64,000 bases of DNA from Perkinsus chesapeaki ATCC PRA-425 (taxonomy: Eukaryota > Protista > Perkinsozoa): assembly GCA_013115145.1 (NCBI GenBank), contig JAAPAO010000106.1:11998-75997 (forward strand). The letters run 5' to 3'. Each line of letters opens with the position of its first letter. The stretch's first letter is position 1. The notes beneath the pieces were generated by a model, which searched no databases, had not been told where the DNA came from, and saw only the letters and a list, made by a program, of their open reading frames with translations. A program made the position numbers and the translations under genes. Below, in pieces: positions 56,489-64,000 of this stretch.

Positions 56489-58301
56489 TCACCGAGGCAA
56501 AGGGAATTTACGGTTCAAATAACTGATACAGTAGCCTTTGATTCTCTTCATTGCTGAGTCCTTCAAACCATCACTTGACAGATTGAATCGAACTGTGGAG
56601 TCCAACCTAACACCGCCTGTTCATCGGAATGTCTCGAGCTCGATTCTCACCTCAACTCCTTCTCCATAAGGGTTTGTGAGATCGCCTTCGCCACCTTCCT
56701 CCATTCGGGAGCTTCATCTGCGTCATGATCACACATTTCCGGGTTTGACCTGCCCACCCTGGTTCGAACCCCACCGGCGGCATTTTTACCTTCTAATGTG
56801 CAATTGTGTCAATTTGTAGACCTCATCTTTAAGGAACTTATCGAAGACCTTATATTCCTGCGTATGATGGTAGCTCTTCAATAATGAGTTCCGATCGCTT
56901 CCACTTCGCTTCTGTGATCGATACTCCCGCACACTTCTCATCTTCTTAACCGGTGAGGCGTCAGATGTCCCACTGGTGTCGGCCGAATGTGACCTATCAA
57001 AATGTGTGTTTTCAACACTTCAATCAACTCTTACCTTTTCCTATCAGAATCTTCATGCCATCCTCTCCCATCCTCATCATCATCATGTCGACTTAACGAT
57101 CTTCGCCTTCCCCTACTCGACGCGTCATCGTTACCGTCGGTCGAGGGAGGCGTCTGTGGTGGTGGTGGTGGAGGGGGAGCTTGCTGAGTCGGTGGCTGAC
57201 TTGACCAAGCAGACGAACTCCAGCTTGTCGGTACTGGAGGAGTAACTGCCAATAAAATAGTTGATCGAGTGTTGCCATTCACTTACTTGTTCCCATCTTA
57301 GCCGGTGCTGGAGGAGGCGGAGGCGGCGGTTGGGTGGTTGCTCCTGCCACTCGGTATGGCTCGGAAGGCTCTGCTGGCCCTGCTGTTAATGTTGCTGGTG
57401 GAGACATCAGATCCACAACTGGTCCCGCGGGACTCGAAACTGCTCCAGACAACCGCCCTAGTATCTTTCGACAGGCTTCTGATTCCATATCGACCTGAGG
57501 ATGTCGTCATTCCGACCTTATTGGAATCTTTCTTCTCACATCGGGATTATCGGCGACCTTTTTAACGTTCTGCATTGCATCCAAAGCTTGAGTTACCCTC
57601 TCCTGGTCGGCTGTTGTCCATTGCATCGATTTCTTCAATCTCAATGAAAGCACCAACTGCAAGGCCAGTAGGGCTCGCGATGTCACTGAGCCCGGCATGG
57701 TATCGGCTAAAGAGATTATCTGACAAAAAGAGAATCTTTAGGTTATCCAAGAACGATACAAAGTAGGTCAGATTGAGGTCTTACATAAAGCAACGCATCC
57801 AAGCCCGAACCAGTTCCCTCGAATGCCTCCAACACCCCAGAAGTCTCCTGTGACATTAACAGCACATCCAGGTATCTGTGAACCAGTCCTCTTAGCGGAA
57901 GCTGGCAAGCTTTAGATTTACGCTGTAGTAGCCTTTCCACCAGGATCAGTTGATTTGGATGCCGACCGCAAGAATGACGCCAAATGAGCTGCATGTGAGA
58001 CCTAATAAAACACCTCTGCCAGGGATCGAACCCACGACCTCTTCTATCAATGACCCACCTCCGTCAAGGTTGCCGTCCTTTGATTAATGAATGGTATAAG
58101 TTTCGGCACGGTATTCGCCCTCCTCAGTATCGCATCTCGAGGCCTTGAATGAACCAGCGGCGTCCGTCCCGTTTTGTCTATAACATGATCTCCGCGATGA
58201 TCTTTTTTTTTCGCACTAGTACCGGCAACCAGCTCCCTCAAAAACTGGAACTCTGCATCCTTGGACCGACCTCGAAGAGTAGGTGAAGTTATGGCGGCCA
58301 T
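56489..58301 (-). CDS. Hypothetical nuclear protein with a C-terminal SRI (Set2-Rpb1-interacting)-like domain, multi-exon
   Basis: Spliced C-terminus EVYKLTQLHIRR|SNP...EWRKVAKAISQTLMEKELR|...MKRIKGYCISYLNRKF resembles SRI. Pro-rich linker; no SET motifs seen. Confidence 0.55.
56756..56782 (+). pseudogene. tRNA-like 3' half in a 40-nt intron (56750-56789), antisense to host
   Basis: CCCTGG TTCGAAC CCCAC CGGCGGC A TTTTT AC. The reverse complement of TTTTTAC is the GTAAAAA donor. Confidence 0.8.
58011..58042 (-). pseudogene. tRNA-like 3' half in a 57-nt intron (58002-58058), sense to host
   Basis: AGAGGTC GTGGG TTCGATC CCTGG CAGAGGT G TTTTATTAG. Phase-0 splice gives TLTE|VSHAAHL. Confidence 0.8.
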
Positions 58302-58349
58302 AGCAGATGGAAGAGTTGAGAGGAATATGGTACTAATAATTTAAAGTAA

Positions 58350-60310
58350 TGTTGTTCGCTGAAGTCGATCGATCTTGCGCAACTTCAACTGTCGGATGAA
58401 ATCAATCGATTTGTCCTAGGTAAGACCCTCTCAATTGTGATGAGTTCCTCGACACGATTAAGAATGACTACGATCACTTGCCTCCAACTAATCCGATTAT
58501 CATACTTCAACCAGATATATGAGATATGCCGGTTCATCACAATCTGCAAAGATCCCATTAATTAGGGGCCCACGTCACGCACATGTTACCAGGGATGCAG
58601 CTCGTCTAAAACGTACCTCATTTCTTAAGAATTCTTCTATAGCGAAGAGAAATATCGACTGCATTCTAGGAACATTCGAGAGTCCTATGTCACGCCCTGG
58701 CCAGGATAGGAGCCAACCCCTTATGGCCTCAATAATGGCTAGTAGAAACCCTCTGCCCTACAGTATGATATTGATCCTACTAATGTAAGCGTTATATTAT
58801 AGTTCTGCCTGTGATGCGCCAAGTCCCCAAAACAGCATACTTGACCTCAAACGCACTACTCCTGACGGAATTTACCAATTGATCACCTTCGGTTGGTGAG
58901 AATATATTCAATGCGGCTCTGCAGTTATATAAAATCCTGCAGTACTTGCCTCTTTGAATGTGATAATACTGAGACTTGTGAATATATGTTCCTAATAATG
59001 TTTAATAATTGTTCACTACTAATTTATATCAAATATGTTAGATTGAATATAACTCCTGAATGTCCCTCGTATGGATTAAACGTTACAAAATTTCCTCGGA
59101 CTGCGGAACAAGTGAGGTTTTTTGGAAATCTAATTATCATCCATCGTCACCTATACCAATCCTTAGTGGATCGAACTACCAGGCTTAATTGATCCTGCGA
59201 CACCTCAAGAAGAGGTCTCGATGTCGCCGAAACAAGTGGAGTTGAACCCTAACTAACGTAACTTTGTTATGAATACAATATACGAAAGGATGAGCTTGGA
59301 CCTTTGAAAGTAAGAGGCGCCGCCTCCGCCTTCGCACACCTTCCCTTTACTACATGGTATCCTTACAACCTCAATGAGGTAGCTGCAACATAACACAACA
59401 CTAGAACTTTTAATATTCACTCAAACTCAATAACAATTTGAATATGAAAACCATGATTGATAGTAGTGTCCAATCAACAGTAACGAAGACGGCATTGTGT
59501 CCAGAGAGATAGTTAATGCTTCTTCGAAGCTGACCTTGGATAAATCTTCCATATACTGTTTAGCGTAGCGCATTTGTGAGGATATATACCGGATGATAAG
59601 GAAGCATTCTTTCTAAGTTTCAACTAAGGAACTGTGGTGGCGTTTATATTGATCGGAGATATCATTATTGTCGAGCATCTTTCAAAACAGTTATAGTATC
59701 AACATCTCTACGAGCATCAGGCTCCTAGTAGGAATACCAATAGATCAGTACAGGATCAGGAAAACGAGAATAAAGAATTGGAAGCGGAAGTAAAATGTCC
59801 ATTACACCGGTTGGACGTGTAACTTTTAAAATTATCCCCACTCAGCAATGATCCAAAGCCGGAGCTTCCCCTCTCAGTATAACATAACCGATCATTAGGT
59901 TGATAGTACTTCAATTTGGGGAGAGTAAAGGTAAGAAAATCAAAGTTGATACTGATAACAAAACCTGTAAAACTATAAAACGAATTTGCAGACTACTTTT
60001 TCAAATATGTAAACGAGAAAGCCTCTTGAATGATAGTAGTCAAGGATGTATTAAGCCATAATCCCATCTATAGACCGAAGGCGAGGTTCGGAATGCCAAA
60101 AATGATACTTTCAATGGTCCACTAGTCTGCTTCGTATGGATTAAATATCAGAGTAAGTATGATAATACTTGTTGGACTACTCCAAAGGGTAGGATTGTAT
60201 CTCCAAGGGAGTGCAAAATAATAATGAGTTCCACAAGTGCTCTTCATGTGCGAGAATATATTACCGATTATCAATCCGTGTATCACAGTCTCGATCAAAT
60301 GCGTTCTAAA
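58350..60310 (+). CDS. Unassigned exon-like segments of one or more hypothetical genes
   Basis: Splice-bounded open segments (e.g. SACDAPSPQNSILDLKR, LNITPECPSYGLNVTKFP). No complete model obtained. Confidence 0.25.
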
Positions 60311-60569
60311 TGGCTTCTTCACGATAACAGAATTTCATGGCAGTAATCAACACAGGTAAAGCGGGGGGGGGTGCAAACTATCGACCAGATTGTCAAAAGC
60401 GCGGCAAATTGCGTAAAACCGCGACCGTTCCCTACAAGTATGTGCCTGATTTGCAGCGTGCAGCGTAAGGCGGCACGCATGCACAATCCTTGGAATATTA
60501 TTCGACCTGAAGATTCCTTCACGCAAATCCCCCCACCCCAGGGGTGGCATCCCTCATATCGTTGTTGGA

Positions 60570-61208
60570 ATGTCTGTTGGTTCCAGTACTATTATTGAAG
60601 ACTTTGATAACTATAGCGATGACGATGATGACTTTGAAGTGTTAGGCGATGTCATCCCTATGAGTGATTGGCAACTGTTAAGTAGCTCCATGGTTCTGTC
60701 TACTTATAAAGGTGCATTGGTTACACGATCACAGGCTCCTATGACATCTGTTAGTGTGGCGTTCAGACAAGCAGCCCCTTCTTTAAAGTCATCCACTAGG
60801 ACACGGTCTAAGAGTGCACAATCTACTACAAGTACCAAAGCTAGTAGTGTCAGAAACTTGGAGCAAAGTCGGAGTATCGTCGAGGACTCGTACAGCATCA
60901 CCGAGGCGAGAACTGACAAGTATGTCCGCAAATTGAGAGGGTTGGAGGAGAAGAGCCGACAAGGGCATCTTCATAGGGTCCATGATGTCCACTATTGCAG
61001 ACAATGTCTCAACCGTTATTGGCCTAGACACTTCAAGACGTGCCCGTTATGTGAAAAAGCTGGTGGGAGATATGCTTGGAAGGGTCACGCTGAGGATGGT
61101 ATTAATGCTGTTAATTATTATAGTCATGGTATTGAAATGATTCATAGAAGAGAAGGCAGAACTAGATTGTCCAGGTGGAAAGAAAGGCAATATCCGATAG
61201 TCGGATAA
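60570..61208 (+). CDS. Hypothetical protein with a CxxC...CxxC zinc-ribbon-like motif; probably extends upstream to about 60380
   Basis: 212-aa ORF with acidic and S/T-rich tracts and CRQC-x9-TCPLC. Confidence 0.5.
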   Translation: MSVGSSTIIEDFDNYSDDDDDFEVLGDVIPMSDWQLLSSSMVLSTYKGALVTRSQAPMTSVSVAFRQAAPSLKSSTRTRSKSAQSTTSTKASSVRNLEQSRSIVEDSYSITEARTDKYVRKLRGLEEKSRQGHLHRVHDVHYCRQCLNRYWPRHFKTCPLCEKAGGRYAWKGHAEDGINAVNYYSHGIEMIHRREGRTRLSRWKERQYPIVG

Positions 61209-61979
61209 TTATTATTATTGGTACGGTTTATTCTGTGCATCAGAGCTGTTTTGTGGTGGGAATTTTTAAACCCACTTTGCTCCCATTTCTGTTATATTAT
61301 TTTTATTGGGTTATTACAGCCAGTAGCATATTATCATGAAGAAGCACAAAAGCAAAAATACGTAGTTCACGGTGCTAACATGCGCAAATGGAAATATGCA
61401 TGGACAGTATGAAACGACTACAAATCAACGGGCTTGTTTATGGTATCAGAACTTCATGGAATTAACGTGAGCCTCCTATTGACTACAGGTATACAAGTAA
61501 CGGGTATACAAGAGTACAATCACTATATCAGAGTGTACACACTTTACCGTCCTCCAACTAGGCTTGGAATGTTATCTTTTTGTGCTCATTCTCTGGTAGT
61601 TTGCCAGTGACTTTGAGGCACCCTGAACTCAGCCTTTCATCCTACTTGATCATTCACCAGTAAATGTTGGGCACCTTGCTTATCTTCTCGATGAGAATAA
61701 AAAAGTCAGTACGAAATCCGGGTTGCCAAATTAATTTGGAGTGCGCTGTACTCTCTAGAGTAGCTTATTGAGTTATCATGACACGAGAGAAGAGGAGGAT
61801 CGAGCATAGCGCACCTTGATGTAGGTCCGAAAGATCGCTATTTTTCTCAGGGAACGATTCCTCTCTGAGGCCATGCATGATAACTGTCGTATTATTCTCC
61901 AAGACTTCAGGTTACACTCAACAGCACTTTTGTTAGATAACAGTGATGGTCGACTGGTGCGATACCATTTGTAAGTGTT

Positions 61980-62580
61980 TTGAAAACAGTAACAGTTACG
62001 CTTCTCCCTTTTCTGTCGCTGGTCTACTCTCCATCATCCTCTGGTTCGGATGCGAGGCTGAGTCGGCTGTTCAATCTGGAAGCTCGAAGGTTGGTCCAGT
62101 CGATACCGTAATTTCACATCCGCTTGTCAGACACCTGAGCGTCATGTAAGTAACTTCATCTTTTACAGTATAATGACACTAACTCCGATACGGTAAGAAG
62201 TGTTCGATCCCACTCGAGGGACTATAAAGAACGCAACCGCAACTAAGATCTTGAGCCAAGATGGTGCATGCAACGAGCTGAAACATACGAGAACAGCAAA
62301 TTAGGTGGGCCGACCTAAATCTACATACTTCGCAGCTCTGCTGGAGCGTAGGTATCCAGCCCGAATACCGGATACTCCGTGGGCACCAGAAGATAACCTA
62401 CGGCACCATAGGTCTTATGGTGTCGTAGGTTATCTTCTCTGGTTCTGCTCTCTTGGAGAGCATTGTTAAATGAAGAGGTGATGCGAGGCGAAGAAGACTA
62501 ACAAGTTCAAGAGCCTGACCTTTTTCCGCAGCGAATGGTCTACACACCATCAGATGAGCCAAAGCTACCACAAGGAACAA
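61980..62580 (-). CDS. Putative secreted hypothetical protein, multi-exon, 3' part uncertain
   Basis: Signal-like MFLVVALAHLMVCRPFAA, a GTAGGT donor at the end of the first ORF, and further open segments downstream. Confidence 0.3.
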
Positions 62581-62933
62581 TTTATATCCACAAGTGCGAA
62601 TCGCACTGCGGGGTTTGCAGCATAAAAAGGGCTCCGACGACGATTTACCAAATCGACATTTACTTTGTAGACTATATAGTTCAGAGGGCTATGTATTCCG
62701 CACAAACCTTTAAAAGGTTTCAGAGCGTATATTAATAATTAAACATCATTACCAAGTCATTAAACTGTAATAGGAGTTCATGTCACGAGTAGTTTAAAAT
62801 CGATCGAACTGCTAGCTTGCTGTCGCGCGCGGATTTCTCATCGATTTCAAAACTGCCAAACTACACAGAGCAAGATACGGGTTGAGTCTTAAGCAAATTG
62901 CGGGCCATTTTGCCAAAGTTGATTGCATTCGTT

Positions 62934-63933
62934 ATGATGACTTTCGATGAGAAGATTTTAATAGAAGAGCTTAACAGTGTAAGAGAAGCAAAGGCCACTT
63001 TACTGGAAAGGGAGGATAATTTAGTCAAAGCTATTTGGCTTATACAATATCCTAATACTACAATGGGGAAAGTATCCAAAGCTTGACCGTGCAAGATACG
63101 GAACAGGTCAAATATCTGTCAGGTCCTGTGTGACGCTGAGTTACTCCATAGTATATGTAGCTTCACTACACTCAAAGAGACTTTCCATGTTGGTATGAGC
63201 TCATCATTGATGCTTCGAAATCTCATCAACTCCGACGGCGCTTGGGTATCAATGCGGCACAACTCTTATCGATCTTCTTCTCTGTCTCAGCCGCTGCATC
63301 AAATAGATTCCGAGAAGGTTACTTCAGAGCCCATGAATATCTATTTGAAACATCTTACTTCTATTAGAATAATATCACCATTGAAATCATGGATTATGAA
63401 TTTACTGCGCAAAAAGGCGTTATATGGGTAAGACCATATTTCGTATACTCCTATCATCTCTAATTCGTATTGGCTATAGTTTGAGAACCTTTTAATAATT
63501 TCTGTAGAGCTGATGAAACTAACAACACTGATGATGGACTAGCACATGCGGTCGATCACAACGAGGAAATTTTGGCGAAATTCCGAGCCGTTTCCGTATC
63601 GGCCAGGACCGTGAGATTTGAGGACTGCGTAGTTGCTTTGATATCGAATCTCACTAGAACAGTTACTCGGTATCCCTTTGGATGTGTCGTTTACCATACA
63701 CGTGTTGTACGGCAGTAGAGGTATTCAGGTTCCCTAAGCTTCACACCATAATCTTGGTCAATCCATCTGATGATGTACTATCATTATTTTCAAACGTCAA
63801 CACTTTGACTACTATATCCTATATGGGCAACTTGTCCACTAATTTCTGTTCTATCCTATCGGCAAATTCTTGCAGTGTAGTAGACCTGTCTCTCTCTCTA
63901 AAGGGGACCTGTCCAGCGGGCTACAAGTGTTAA
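62934..63933 (+). CDS. Hypothetical multi-exon protein with a weak F-box-like segment
   Basis: MTFDEKILIEELNSVRE...MGK|VLCDAELLHSICSFTTLKETFH|PLHQIDSEK...ALYG|ADETNN, with consistent intron phases. Confidence 0.4.
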
Positions 63934-64000
63934 GATGTTCCGTTCATTCTCTTGACGCAACTCGTTGATGGATGCAGGCATAATGAATGAGTGAGTAGGC

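Noticed and set aside
62193-62229. GTAAGAAGTGTTCGATCCCACTCGAGGGA...AG as another tRNA-half intron
   Set aside because: No plus-strand gene model keeps frame across it, and it may be minus-strand coding (SPSSGIEHFL). Left out of the count.
63790-63900. Minus-strand frame apparently interrupted by a single TAG (possible readthrough or pseudogene)
   Set aside because: A phase-consistent plus-strand gene covers the region, so the minus frame is probably shadow.

Overview
Gene-dense, intron-rich eukaryotic DNA, not prokaryotic. Short GT-AG introns (mostly 35-120 nt), very short intergenic spacers, co-directional gene blocks, flagellar genes, and secreted pepsin-like and small lineage-specific proteins point to an alveolate, most likely Perkinsus or a relative. 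That assignment is my inference, not a database result. About 35 genes are present. Recognisable ones: UTP21/WDR36 (5'-truncated), IFT74, a coiled-coil/SHIPPO-repeat protein, a KH protein, SAR1, ISY1, an A1 aspartyl protease, a DMT transporter, an LDAH-like hydrolase, an IVD-like acyl-CoA dehydrogenase, an SPX-double-RING protein, a DIPP-like Nudix hydrolase, patatin, EMC8/9, frataxin, an Lnt-like N-acyltransferase, RNR small subunit, a GNAT protein, a CCCH-AlkB protein, UPF3, TatD, 3-hydroxyacyl-CoA dehydrogenase and an SRI-domain protein. All exon/intron models were built by hand from splice signals and reading-frame continuity. The main unexplained signal is 13 decayed tRNA-like elements, mostly a T-arm/B-box, the 3' acceptor strand and often a T-tract. 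Ten sit inside predicted spliceosomal introns of unrelated genes, in both orientations, and usually make up most of the intron. In most, one splice site lies within about 5-20 nt of the tRNA 3' end or is built from tRNA sequence. No intact tRNA, rRNA, CRISPR array or transposase/reverse transcriptase ORF was seen.
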